A stretch of 64,000 bases of DNA from Candidatus Saccharimonadia bacterium (lineage in GTDB: Bacteria; Patescibacteriota; Saccharimonadia; UBA4664): assembly GCA_041743505.1 (NCBI GenBank), contig JBGTMQ010000021.1, positions 64,521-128,520 of the forward strand, given 5' to 3'. Positions 18,680 through 28,457 of the stretch are shown piece by piece. Numbering within the stretch: position 1 is the stretch's first letter; each line of letters opens with the position of its first letter. The translations under genes were made by a program, and so were the position numbers. A model generated the notes under the pieces. The model searched no databases. It was given only the letters and a program-made list of their open reading frames with translations, and was not told where the DNA came from.

Positions 18680-19303
18680 TTATTTCAGCTTGGCGGTAAG
18701 CGAGACAAGATGACTGCGGCCTTGCAACCTATCCCACTTGAAAACCGCAAAGGCGTACGGTGGTGGCGATTGCTCGAGGTAGTAGTCGGTATAATGCCCG
18801 ACATAGGCTGCCGGCGACACGAAGCCAGGGCCTGACCAGGCCAGTAATTCCGCGGCCTGACCTGGGGTTAGCTGGTCAATTGCTACCAGACAATGGAGGC
18901 CGGGGTACTGGACATTACGGGCATAATAGTGCCGGTCCACGTAACGATGATCAAAGCCAGGGCCGGCCAGTACTAACTCGGGCCTCGTCCAGTAGCGGAC
19001 CTGCCCATCCTCAATGTCTGCCATTAGCGTAGACCCCGCAGCAGGTTGGCGCATATTGTAATGTTTGCTGGCAGGATGATCGCCGGGCTTAACGAAATGG
19101 AGCGAGCCGTCGATCTCTTTGACGGGAACACGGCTATCGGTGCCGGCGAATGGATAGGTGTGCCCATCCATCAGTCTCAGCCGGCCGGCAATTACGGGGT
19201 CTTGGCCGGACACCTGATCATAACCTGGATCGACGCTCACTACGATAGCAAATTGCAGAGCACCCCTGGCAAGTGCGCATGGCCTTGTCGATGGCCGCAC
19301 CAT
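18680..19303 (-). CDS. Hypothetical protein
   Basis: AAGGAGG RBS before ATG 19303. Confidence 0.5.
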   Translation of the reverse strand: MVRPSTRPCALARGALQFAIVVSVDPGYDQVSGQDPVIAGRLRLMDGHTYPFAGTDSRVPVKEIDGSLHFVKPGDHPASKHYNMRQPAAGSTLMADIEDGQVRYWTRPELVLAGPGFDHRYVDRHYYARNVQYPGLHCLVAIDQLTPGQAAELLAWSGPGFVSPAAYVGHYTDYYLEQSPPPYAFAVFKWDRLQGRSHLVSLTAKLK

Positions 19304-19461
19304 ACCACAACCTCCTTGGTCTGTTGGTGGGCATGTAGCTGACAATTGTGAAGTCTCATCCGCATTACGCGGATGATGCAAACGATAGCACAAAACTTGA
19401 CGCGGTTTATAGTCTTATTTATAGTGGCTTGGCCATTTCCCATCCCGAGAGTGGGTTTGTG

Positions 19462-20313
19462 ATGCGGTCATTACGACTTGTACCCCCCTTGCCGCCCGGT
19501 ATTAAGGGTGATGAGGGGATGATCGGCCAGAACTCGATTGTTTGGAGGATTGCGCGGGATAAACGGGTGATCCTGGGTGGTCCCAGCGCCCTACTCCTGC
19601 AAGTCGCCCACCCGATGGTGGCGGCGGGCGTGGCCGACCATAGTACCTTTGAGCGAGATCCACTAAAACGCCTCATTGGCACGCTTCACGCCACGCTCGT
19701 CACGACGTTTGGCGACAGCAAGCAGGCGGCCGCCGCCGCCCGAGCCGTCCGTGAGGTGCACCGGCGCATTCATGGTCCCCTTGATAAGACACGCGGCGCC
19801 TGGCAGGCCGGCAGCTACTACAGTGCTTTTAGCCCGGACTTGTGCCTTTGGGTCTACGCTACGCTAGTGCAGCTGGCGCTCGACTCCTACAGCGAATTTG
19901 TACGAGAGCTGAGCTTTGAGGAGCGAGAAAGGTATTACCACGAGAGCGCGCCTTTTGGTGAGTTGTTTGGGGTGACATCGCAGGTCCGGCCAAGTGATTA
20001 TGGCGACTTTCTCGGGTATTACCACACGATGCTCGAGCAGCTGGTGGTAGACGAGCGTGCCAAGCAGATAGCCCAGTCGATATTTGACGCCAAGCTCTAC
20101 GGCATACCAGTCTCGCCATTGGGCCAAGTGTTTGCGGCCGGGCTGCTGCCGGCGCCAATCCGGCAAGCCTATGGGCTGAACTGGGGTTGGGCCACGCGGG
20201 TGGCTTGGCAGACTTGCCGCCTCAAGGCTCGCCTGGCCGGCAATTTGGCGCCGGCGCGTTGGCTGCACTGGCAGCATTATCACATGGCTCAGGCAAGGGT
20301 CGTGGCAGATTAA
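19462..20313 (+). CDS. Oxygenase MpaB/DUF2236-family protein
   Basis: ALLLQVAHPMVAAGVADHS, RL..T, VH..I.G, Y.A..P.L..WV.ATL motifs. Confidence 0.88.
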   Translation: MRSLRLVPPLPPGIKGDEGMIGQNSIVWRIARDKRVILGGPSALLLQVAHPMVAAGVADHSTFERDPLKRLIGTLHATLVTTFGDSKQAAAAARAVREVHRRIHGPLDKTRGAWQAGSYYSAFSPDLCLWVYATLVQLALDSYSEFVRELSFEERERYYHESAPFGELFGVTSQVRPSDYGDFLGYYHTMLEQLVVDERAKQIAQSIFDAKLYGIPVSPLGQVFAAGLLPAPIRQAYGLNWGWATRVAWQTCRLKARLAGNLAPARWLHWQHYHMAQARVVAD

Positions 20314-20423
20314 TCGCCCCCGATGAAGCCCCCAACATGGTTTTGTCGGGGGCTTCGTTTACGGTCTATAATAGAATCGCCTGGCAAAGATGTCCCTCAC
20401 CGACTGAACCGGAGGTTTCAACG

Positions 20424-20885
20424 ATGTTACGGCGTGCGGCAGGATTGCTGGCCATTTTGTCGTTTGTACTCATTGCGGGTTGTGGAAGTAATACCCCGGC
20501 GCCAGCGGGCCCCGCTGCAGTCAAGCCCGAAACTACCCTGACTCTCAACGGTAAAACCTATACCTGCGAGTCCGTGGCCGGAGTAGCGGAGGGTGAGGGC
20601 AGCTGCTCGGCTGAGGCCCAGGATACGTTTGACCTCTACAAAGGTAATATTGACAGTTATGTCAATGGCGGGCGGCTCGGTAAACTCGGTGAAGAGCCAT
20701 TCACCCTCGAGGATCGCGCCTATGCTGGACTTGCGGCGTGTGCCCATCAGAAGCGCAGCCAGAGCCAGCAGGACTTTGTCGCCTTTATGCTGAGCGAGGA
20801 GGCGTTCAAGAACCTCTCGCCTGGCGACCTAACGCCGGCCTGGTCCGAGGCGAGTAAGAGTCTATGCAATGGCTACCCGGACTAG
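20424..20885 (+). CDS. Putative lipoprotein (paralog 1)
   Basis: GGAGG RBS; lipobox LIAGC; four further Cys. Confidence 0.7.
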   Translation: MLRRAAGLLAILSFVLIAGCGSNTPAPAGPAAVKPETTLTLNGKTYTCESVAGVAEGEGSCSAEAQDTFDLYKGNIDSYVNGGRLGKLGEEPFTLEDRAYAGLAACAHQKRSQSQQDFVAFMLSEEAFKNLSPGDLTPAWSEASKSLCNGYPD

Positions 20886-21050
20886 ACAGCCAGGGTAATA
20901 AGGCTGCGAGGTGGACATCATGCACCACTTCGCAGCCTTTCTAACGCCTCTACTAATTTCTGCGTGGGATGGCGTGCCAAATTATAAATATTATGCTATC
21001 ATGTCTTAACCTTGGCAAGAAAATGTTCCTTTCCGCTTTGGAGGTTTAAC

Positions 21051-21566
21051 ATGAGAGTGCAGTATCTGGCGGGACTATTGGCTGCCGTGGCAATCCTTGT
21101 GGCGGGCTGTGGAAGTGGTCAAACCGTGGCGGTGGGAGCGCCGAATACGGGCCCAACAACAGCATCACCGGGAAAAGCGGCACTCAATTTGCCCCGGAAT
21201 CCTAGCTCGACTGTTACCATCGACGGCCAGGTTTATATTTGCGAGACTGTCACCGGTATCAATAATGGTAACTGCTCCGTGGAAGCCCAGCAGGTGTTCG
21301 ACTCGCACAAGGACGATATTGACCCATACGTCAATAGTGGCCGGCTCGGAGAGCTCAGCGACTACCGGTATTCAATTCAGGATGCCGCCTATGTTGGCAT
21401 CGGGTCTTGCGCTTATCATATGCGCGGTCAGAGCATAGAGGTATTTATCGCCTTTTTAAGAAAGGAGCCAACTTTTAAGGATGTTCCTGATGAAGACATA
21501 AGGCTAGCCGGACGGGAGGCACAAAAGATGTTATGTCCGGCCGGCACCGGCCAGAATACCGTGTGA
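21051..21566 (+). CDS. Putative lipoprotein (paralog 2)
   Basis: Lipobox LVAGC; shares CE.V.G, CS.EAQ..FD, ID.YVN.GRLG.L with paralog 1. Confidence 0.7.
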   Translation: MRVQYLAGLLAAVAILVAGCGSGQTVAVGAPNTGPTTASPGKAALNLPRNPSSTVTIDGQVYICETVTGINNGNCSVEAQQVFDSHKDDIDPYVNSGRLGELSDYRYSIQDAAYVGIGSCAYHMRGQSIEVFIAFLRKEPTFKDVPDEDIRLAGREAQKMLCPAGTGQNTV

Positions 21567-21701
21567 CTTAGCACGAGTTACTGCGGCGAGGTAGCGCTAA
21601 ATGCGCTCTTCGCCGCTTTTTTTAATAGTAAAACGCCCGCCGGCACAAGGCCGGGGGCGTTATTGGAGTGGACGGGGATTGAGCGGGCTCGTGCCGTCGG
21701 G

Positions 21702-21941
21702 CTAGTGATGCCTGGCCAGGTTGTACAGCTTCGCAACCCTGCGGGTGGCGAGGCCAATGAGAAGGGTCAGGCCTCCGACTGCCACACCGCTGGCGAAGAT
21801 GAAGTCGTCGCTAACCCAGGGCAGGTTGATGATACGCGAGGCCATCAGGCTACTCAGGACGCCGGCGATGATCAGGGTGACCCCGCCGATAATGAGGCAA
21901 ACGGCGGGCCAGGCTGGCTCGTGCGTACGGGCAGTGCTCAC
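21702..21941 (-). CDS. Small 2-TM ORFan
   Basis: AGGAG RBS; TTGCAT-N17-TATAAT promoter upstream; hairpin downstream. Confidence 0.6.
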   Translation of the reverse strand: MSTARTHEPAWPAVCLIIGGVTLIIAGVLSSLMASRIINLPWVSDDFIFASGVAVGGLTLLIGLATRRVAKLYNLARHH

Positions 21942-22078
21942 TGCGTCACACTCCTAAGGTACGATCTCGTATGATGAGAGCTTATACTCATTATAACACT
22001 TAATGATTCATAATGCAAGTTTTATTCATAGCGCAGTGAGTCGATGGGGCTTTGGCGGGCGGCGCGGTAGGTGGATTA

Positions 22079-22348
22079 CTAGTGTCTACTCTGCTTTTTT
22101 TGTAACTTTGTTTCGAATAAGAGATCGGCTAGGAATACAAAGAGCATAAAGCCCAAGACGCTCATAATGCTTTCGAGAAGGCTGTTGCCACGCCAATATA
22201 GTACCGCGAGCAATAGAAGTGCAGCGAGGCCGAGAACTAACCAAAAAATATGGATTTTGCCCTTTTGTCTCGCATATGATGCCGCGAGAATGAGGCAGAC
22301 AATTGGTAGGCCGATCAATAAGTCTACTAAATAATTCATAAATATCAT
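22079..22348 (-). CDS. Small 3-TM protein
   Basis: Hydrophobic, AT-rich ORF with a basic tail. Confidence 0.5.
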   Translation of the reverse strand: MIFMNYLVDLLIGLPIVCLILAASYARQKGKIHIFWLVLGLAALLLLAVLYWRGNSLLESIMSVLGFMLFVFLADLLFETKLQKKQSRH

Positions 22349-22363
22349 TATACTCAGAATCGA

Positions 22364-22516
22364 TCAATCCTTTAATTTAAGACTGCTTACGGTCTGTTTC
22401 TCCGGTGACTGCGACTTTTTATCAATTTTAGTGCGCTTCTTGTGCGCCTCAATAAGCTGCAATATGAAGAACCACCCGAGGAAGAATACGAGTATACCAA
22501 TCAGGGGCTCAAGCAT
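22364..22516 (-). CDS. 50-aa single-TM peptide (MLEPLIGILVFFLGWFF...)
   Basis: Read manually; below the ORF-track cutoff. Confidence 0.4.
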   Translation of the reverse strand: MLEPLIGILVFFLGWFFILQLIEAHKKRTKIDKKSQSPEKQTVSSLKLKD

Positions 22517-22635
22517 ATGTCATCAACATAGATTACTTGCATATAGGAGACGCGAAAGATGTTTACTATTGCTTTTCGCAATGTCCACCGGTATTTCATA
22601 ACTATGGCCGCTGCCTTGGCTTGTGAGTAGCTAGA

Positions 22636-22878
22636 CTACTCAGAATCTTTACCAGCCTTGCCTTTGCCATATATCGCTTTATGCGTACGCCACATTAGGT
22701 AAGCTATTCCAAAACTGATTAGAGGAGTGACTACCTGCTGGAAGAACTGAGAGCCACTAGTATATGCGCCTGCAAATATAACGAGAAGCAGGTCAATAAA
22801 GAAGGCCAATACAAAGATAGAGGCAATTGTTGTTACCACTGTCCGCAAATTAAGCGTGCGCTTTGTCATACTTCTCAT
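22636..22878 (-). CDS. Small 2-TM protein
   Basis: Hydrophobic, AT-rich ORF. Confidence 0.5.
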   Translation of the reverse strand: MRSMTKRTLNLRTVVTTIASIFVLAFFIDLLLVIFAGAYTSGSQFFQQVVTPLISFGIAYLMWRTHKAIYGKGKAGKDSE

Positions 22879-22960
22879 CTACAGTTATCAGCTTTCAGTA
22901 TACATTATGATCGAAAATAATTGTCGCCCGCGAAAGATGTAATCGCGGGCGACCTGGTGC

Positions 22961-23386
22961 TTACGAGACGCAGTACCAGCTGTTTGGGCCGTACCCAATT
23001 ATTTCGGCGTGGGTACCTGGATGGATAGCATGACAGTAGCCGTTCATATCGGGTCTACCCTCAGATCCAAACAGCGGGACGATAAATGGAAACGAGCCGC
23101 TAAGATCAGTACACATCCAGCCATATGGCCCTGCGTTCCAGTTTGTTGCGGAGAAGTGGCCCTGTCTCTGGCAAGCCAGAACTGCATCCGCCCGGCCTCG
23201 AACCGGAGAACTGTTTTTCCCTGAGGCTGCAACTGGCGTAGCGGTACCTATAGTCGTTGATGCCATGGCTGGTGCGGCAGATACTCCTAACACACTGAGT
23301 ACCAATGTCGCAATTACAGCGACGCGCGAGAACAGGCGTTGCGCCGCCGTACCTTCACCGGTCTTCAGACCGGGTGTGACTGACGT
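22961..23386 (-). CDS. Secreted Cys/Trp-repeat protein; SD-positioned start codon is ACG
   Basis: Signal peptide ending APAMA; two D...C...W.C repeats; AGGAGG five nt before an in-frame ACG at 23386. The ORF track starts at the downstream TTG (23305). Confidence 0.6.
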   Translation of the reverse strand, partial: TSVTPGLKTGEGTAAQRLFSRVAVIATLVLSVLGVSAAPAMASTTIGTATPVAASGKNSSPVRGRADAVLACQRQGHFSATNWNAGPYGWMCTDLSGSFPFIVPLFGSEGRPDMNGYCHAIHPGTHAEIIGYGPNSWYCVS

Positions 23387-23535
23387 CTTCTCCTCCTAGG
23401 GGCTGGAAAGCTGAGATGTACCCTGTAAGAACCTGATGATCTGACAGTGAGGCGATTATAAGGACGGTCTGAGTAATTGGTCAAGCATAGTCGAGATGGT
23501 GTGGGTTGATACTCCGCGGAAGCCTATTTATGGGC

Positions 23536-24831
23536 TTACTCGTAGCGGAGTGAGTCGATGGGGCTTTGACGGGCGGCGCGGTAGGCCGGGAGGGTGCCGG
23601 CTAAAAAGGCGATGGCCATGACAAGTCCGATGATGGCAGCGATGGAGGTTAGCGGGAAGGATAACAATTGCAGGCCGACGAGGTCCTTGAGAAAGTTTTT
23701 CGAGACGACATCATTAATGACCTGGCCGGCGAGAATGGCTGTGCCGGCGCCGAGGAGACTGCCCCAGAACCCCAGCATCACGGCCTCGGTGCTAAACAGT
23801 AGGAAGATGCGGCCGCCGCCCATGCCCATGGCTTTCATGAGGCCGATTTCTTTGGTGCGCTCTTGCACCGACATGAGGAGCGTGTTGATGATGCCAAAGC
23901 TGGCCGCCAGTAGGGCGATGATGGCGAAGGCGTCCAAGGCCAGGATGATACCATTGATAACTTGTTTGAAGCTGCCGATTTGGTCGACAAAGGTAGTGGC
24001 TTCGTAGCCGTCTTTTTTGAGGGCCTCCTTGAGCGCGGTGACTTGCTGCTCTGTTGAGTTGCCGTCAAACTTGGCGATGAGCATTTGGTAGCTGTTGATG
24101 GCAGACGGGGGCAGCCCGATGGTTTGGGCTTTAAATATGGCACTGGTGAGGGTTGAATTGGTATTCATGCCCCCGGAGTTGGTTAGACCCTTTTGCTGCA
24201 CCCCTTTGAGGGTGGTTTTAATTTCATGCTGCTTGCCGGTACCATCAGTGACACCGATCCTAACCTCCTGGCCGACGACAGCTTGGTTGCTTGAGTAACC
24301 AAGTACTGATACGTACTCAACCGGTAGAAGCGCTTGATGCTCGCTGGCGGAGTTGCTGAGCTGGCTGCCCGAGGCCAGGTCAATATTGGTGCCGGTAATG
24401 TAGGGGCCGGCCGACATCTGATACTTCTTGCCATTAGCACCGACGATATAATCCGGCGTTATTATCAGGTTTGGTTCGACGCTTTTGATACCGGAAACTT
24501 TCTTAATTTTGGCGACATCAGCGTTGGTCAAGACGGTGGTAGTGGTGCCGAAGGCTGTAGCTGAAACTTTTTTGGCCGGGTCATAGGCCTTGGGGTCGCC
24601 GCCACCTCCTGGTCCGCCATCGTTGCTACCGGCGGCTTGGATTATCATGACGTCTTTGGCGCCAAGGTTTTCGACCTGCTTATCGATGTAGCTGGATATG
24701 CCGGTACCGAGTCCACTGGTCAGCGTGAGGGTAAAGGCGCCAATAAAAATGGCCAGGATGGTGAGGACGGTCCGCAGTTTGCTGCGGAACATGTTGCTAG
24801 AGGCAGTGGTGAGAATATCGATGAGTCTCAT
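23536..24831 (-). CDS. MacB/FtsX-type ABC transporter permease
   Basis: KLRTVLT, INTLLMSVQERTKEIGLMKAMG, PAYRAARQSPIDSLRYE. Confidence 0.92.
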   Translation of the reverse strand: MRLIDILTTASSNMFRSKLRTVLTILAIFIGAFTLTLTSGLGTGISSYIDKQVENLGAKDVMIIQAAGSNDGGPGGGGDPKAYDPAKKVSATAFGTTTTVLTNADVAKIKKVSGIKSVEPNLIITPDYIVGANGKKYQMSAGPYITGTNIDLASGSQLSNSASEHQALLPVEYVSVLGYSSNQAVVGQEVRIGVTDGTGKQHEIKTTLKGVQQKGLTNSGGMNTNSTLTSAIFKAQTIGLPPSAINSYQMLIAKFDGNSTEQQVTALKEALKKDGYEATTFVDQIGSFKQVINGIILALDAFAIIALLAASFGIINTLLMSVQERTKEIGLMKAMGMGGGRIFLLFSTEAVMLGFWGSLLGAGTAILAGQVINDVVSKNFLKDLVGLQLLSFPLTSIAAIIGLVMAIAFLAGTLPAYRAARQSPIDSLRYE

Positions 24832-25622
24832 AGGTGGACCAATCTTTTGGTGGGTGTGGCAGGGGGCTGAGGCTTAACACGAGGTGCAGGGGGTTGAGTG
24901 TCCGTGGGAGCATCGGGATGTACAGGTGGGCGGGTGGCAGGTCGGGCGGGTACATAAATTGCGCCGTCCTTGATGTAGATTTGCCGGTGGCAGCGCCGGG
25001 CCAGTTCCTCGTCGTGGGTCACCAGGATAAGGGTGATGCCTTGATCTTTATTGAGCGAAAAAATCAGGTCCTCGATCCTCTGGCCGGTGGTGCTGTCGAG
25101 ATTGCCGGTCGGCTCATCGGCGAAGATGATCTGGGGTTGATTGATGAGGGCCCGGGCGATGACGACGCGCTGCTTCTGGCCGCCGCTGAGGTCACTGGCT
25201 TTGTTGCGCGCCTTGTCCTCCAGCTCGACTTGACGCAACGCCTCAAGGCCGCGGCGCTTACGTTCTCCGCTGTGGACGCCGGCGATTTTGAGCGGCAAAA
25301 TGACGTTTTCGAGCACGCTGGTGTTGGCGTTTAGAAAGAATTGTTGGAAGACGAAGCCGAAGGTTTTATTGCGGAGCAGATTGAGGTTCCGGCCCGACAG
25401 CTTGCCGGCGTCTTGACCGGCCACACTGATGATGCCGCTGGTAGGTTTGTCGAGCAGCGCTAAAAGATGCATGAGGGTGGATTTACCCGAGCCACTTTTG
25501 CCTAGAATGGCCACGCTTTCACCTTTGGCGACGGTCAGCGTTACATTTTGCAAGGCGGTAAACAAGTTGCCGCCTTTGCCGTAGGTTTTGGTGAGAGCCT
25601 GGGTTTCGAGGATAGCGTTCAT
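24828..25622 (-). CDS. ABC transporter ATP-binding protein (LolD/MacB-like)
   Basis: GKSGSGKST, LSGGQ, ADEPTGNLD. Confidence 0.95.
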   Translation of the reverse strand: MNAILETQALTKTYGKGGNLFTALQNVTLTVAKGESVAILGKSGSGKSTLMHLLALLDKPTSGIISVAGQDAGKLSGRNLNLLRNKTFGFVFQQFFLNANTSVLENVILPLKIAGVHSGERKRRGLEALRQVELEDKARNKASDLSGGQKQRVVIARALINQPQIIFADEPTGNLDSTTGQRIEDLIFSLNKDQGITLILVTHDEELARRCHRQIYIKDGAIYVPARPATRPPVHPDAPTDTQPPAPRVKPQPPATPTKRLVHL

Positions 25623-25746
25623 ATTGATCTCGCTGTTGAACTTTACTGGCGGCTGCTTAGGTAAGACTGAATTACTGACTGGTGTTATACATATGGATAG
25701 TATAGCGAGGTTAGATGCTCACCGATACATAACACCCGGTTTTACA

Positions 25747-26091
25747 TTATGGTAGCTGAATTAGCCCGACTATATTTTCATCGGCATCTTTTACGGAAGC
25801 CATTAATAGGCCACCGCCCATGTCCTTAACGTCTTGGTTAGCTCTTGCACCAGAGTGTAGGCATAACTGTAAGCTTTCTTTAATATCGCTGACCTGCCAA
25901 TAACTAACGGGGCCTGTCATTCCTTCGTGGTGGCCGCTGGGGTCCAGACCAATTTCTTGATCTCCAACTTTGAACCCGACATAAAAAGGTTCATCAAAAT
26001 AGGGCTCTGCCCCTAGGAGCTTGCTATAAAGTGCTTTTGCCTGAGTTAGGTTTTTAACCGGATAGATGGTTGATTTGATGCCTTGAACCAT
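25747..26091 (-). CDS. VOC/glyoxalase-family protein
   Basis: YPVKNL..AKALY..LLG and DADENIVGL pattern. Confidence 0.85.
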   Translation of the reverse strand: MVQGIKSTIYPVKNLTQAKALYSKLLGAEPYFDEPFYVGFKVGDQEIGLDPSGHHEGMTGPVSYWQVSDIKESLQLCLHSGARANQDVKDMGGGLLMASVKDADENIVGLIQLP

Positions 26092-26104
26092 AATAACGCC
26101 TCAA

Positions 26105-26383
26105 TTAGTTTGCTGTATCTTTCCAATTCCACCACAATAATTTGTCTGGCTCTGGATTGGTCGTACTAGCATAATATACTGCACATCGAAACACGTATAA
26201 AACGCAGCGGTCGACATACGTTCCGCAGGCAGCCATGAGCCGCTTATACATTATTTCTGGATCTTGTCCTTGTAAGTCTAATGGCTTTTCATAGCCTAAC
26301 GATTGGAGATCTTGGGCAATGGATGGGCCGACACCGGGTATGTCGGTTAAGGATTGAGCTTGTGCAATTGGGATGGATTTCAT
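26105..26383 (-). CDS. Helix-hairpin-helix Cdd1/pathogenicity-locus-family protein
   Basis: IPGVGPSIA, DPE.MY, DRCVLYVFRCAVY, WWNWKD. Confidence 0.85.
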   Translation of the reverse strand: MKSIPIAQAQSLTDIPGVGPSIAQDLQSLGYEKPLDLQGQDPEIMYKRLMAACGTYVDRCVLYVFRCAVYYASTTNPEPDKLLWWNWKDTAN

Positions 26384-27624
26384 GCTAGGTAATCGGTCCA
26401 CATAAACAAATAAGTGGCGTAGGCGCTCATGGCAATTGAGACTAGCCAAAGCCCGGTTTCGAGCTTGGTAGCGCGGTTAGGTAAATATTCGACCAGCAGG
26501 ACGAGGAACCAGGGCAAGAGGATCATGGCGTAGCGGTAAGAGTATTGCCAGCCGCCGGGATTGCCATGGACCCAGAGAGAGAATGTGAGTATGACAATGG
26601 CGGTCCAGGCTAGTGAGATGCGTAATATATCGCCCTTTGGCTTGCGGATCAGGAGCAGCAGGAACGGGCTGGCCAGCAGGATGGAGCCGCCCCAGCCGGT
26701 TGGTACCAGGTGTGGCCACTGCTGGATCTGTTTCCAGCCGGCCCAGAGCATTTGATGGGCGTTTTCGCCGATGGCTGAGAGCGAGAAAATGCCCTGCTGG
26801 TACCATGGCTCATCGAGGACGCCGGGGATGCGGGCGTAACCAAAGTCGAAGATGGAGCCGAAGCGGGCCTGGTTGTAAGCTAGTGTGGCCAAGCCGAGCA
26901 TAACGGGCGCCAGGCAGAATTGGATGATGGTGGAGCGGCTTTCTTCGAGGAAGTGGGCCCAGGAGCGGGTGCCATGCCAGTACGGGCGGAGGAGAAAGGC
27001 TAGAATAATGGGCGAAATAAGGATGACCTCGGTGCGGTTGCCGAAGGCTACGGCTAGAGCCAGGCCGGCCCAAAATGGCCGCCGGTGCACCACACTCCAA
27101 TACAGGGCCGCCAGCTGGCCGAGTACGGCAAAGCCTAAGGCCAGCTGCCAGGCGCCGGCAAATAGCAGATTGGTCATAAACCAGGTCCCGGCGACCAGCC
27201 AAAGGGCCAGCATTGCGCGCTTCTCGGGTGTCAGCTGCGGGCGGAGGCGAGTGTATAGGTAGGCGAATCCGGCGCATCCGGCCGCCAGCAAGCCGACGAG
27301 TAGATTGACAGGATAATCACGGATGATACCCAGCGAGACGAGGGTGCTGAGCGGCCAGACAGATAGAACAGAGCCGAGCGGGAAAACCGAGTAATACAGC
27401 CCGCCGGACATGGGTACCAGTTCGTTGAGCCATGTGGGCGCCTCGGTGACACCGAGATGGCCTTGCAGAAGGGCCGTGGCGATAACAAACGTGTAGTTGA
27501 GGGCTTGGTAGTAGGTTTTTTGGGCCAGGAGCCAGAAGACGGCGCCGATGAACAAAGTTAAGCCAAGGCCGAGCCAGAGGTTGATACCGCTTGACCCTAG
27601 CGGTTCTGATTTATGCATAGCCAT
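26380..27624 (-). CDS. Polytopic membrane protein, GT-C glycosyltransferase-like
   Basis: About 11 TM; YN.ARFG and YRYAM..LP motifs. Confidence 0.65.
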   Translation of the reverse strand: MAMHKSEPLGSSGINLWLGLGLTLFIGAVFWLLAQKTYYQALNYTFVIATALLQGHLGVTEAPTWLNELVPMSGGLYYSVFPLGSVLSVWPLSTLVSLGIIRDYPVNLLVGLLAAGCAGFAYLYTRLRPQLTPEKRAMLALWLVAGTWFMTNLLFAGAWQLALGFAVLGQLAALYWSVVHRRPFWAGLALAVAFGNRTEVILISPIILAFLLRPYWHGTRSWAHFLEESRSTIIQFCLAPVMLGLATLAYNQARFGSIFDFGYARIPGVLDEPWYQQGIFSLSAIGENAHQMLWAGWKQIQQWPHLVPTGWGGSILLASPFLLLLIRKPKGDILRISLAWTAIVILTFSLWVHGNPGGWQYSYRYAMILLPWFLVLLVEYLPNRATKLETGLWLVSIAMSAYATYLFMWTDYLA

Positions 27625-27729
27625 GTTGGGAATATTATACTATGGGAGGATAAGGTCCGGCTTCTGTTTGCGCAAAATGCCCTCGCCGGTCAGACCGGCG
27701 AGGGTTGGTGTTGGCGCTTATGCGCTACA

Positions 27730-28356
27730 TCAGGGCCAATTAGACGCGGGCGTCATGGTTAGTGCAGCGACGGCGGCAAGAGCATCCTGGTACTCCTGGC
27801 CGGGCGCGTTTGAGGGGTTATACCAGCCGTGGCTGGCTTTGGTTCGCTGATCGGCCAGCCAGTCGTCGCGCCGGTGGCGAATGGGGTCATAAAAGTCTTT
27901 GAGCATGCCGTAGACCATGTCGCGATCCTGCTTAGCAGACAGTCCGCTACCTCCGCCAATAGCCCGACGGTACTCGGCGCTATTACCCCAGGCGAAGTCG
28001 TTATTGCCGAGGCAGTGGCTGGCCTCTTTGACCAATTCGCCATTTGGCAGACCGTGACGGTCGTGGGCATCGGCCTTAGCTAGCCCGTTGGGCAGGAATT
28101 TGGCGCCGTTTGGACCGAGCTCGATGGTGGCTAGGATCCGATCGGCCAGACATGTTACATGGCGCGGGCGGGTGGGATCAAAAAATACAGCACCAAATGA
28201 GTCACGGCCGTCCTCTACCTCCCCCGCTACAATCATGCCTTGGAGCCGGCCATCGGCTTTGACGGCCGCAGCCCTCATGATTAGCAAAATATCTTTGTTG
28301 CTGAGCGTGTGGCGCCAGGGGTTACGGTAGAGCTTCACAACAGGCGGCGGCCTCAT
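27730..28356 (-). CDS. Hypothetical protein, possibly GlcG/HbpS-like fold
   Basis: AAGGAGG RBS; AIGGGSGLSAKQD resembles the GlcG motif GAIGVSG...QD. Confidence 0.5.
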   Translation of the reverse strand: MRPPPVVKLYRNPWRHTLSNKDILLIMRAAAVKADGRLQGMIVAGEVEDGRDSFGAVFFDPTRPRHVTCLADRILATIELGPNGAKFLPNGLAKADAHDRHGLPNGELVKEASHCLGNNDFAWGNSAEYRRAIGGGSGLSAKQDRDMVYGMLKDFYDPIRHRRDDWLADQRTKASHGWYNPSNAPGQEYQDALAAVAALTMTPASNWP

Positions 28357-28457
28357 TGCTCCTCCTTGTACTCAGGTCCGGGGTCTTTTCCCTTGGACAA
28401 GTTATTTTCTTATACACCTCCGTTGTTTGGGCGTCAATGAGTGGAATGCTCGGAAGA

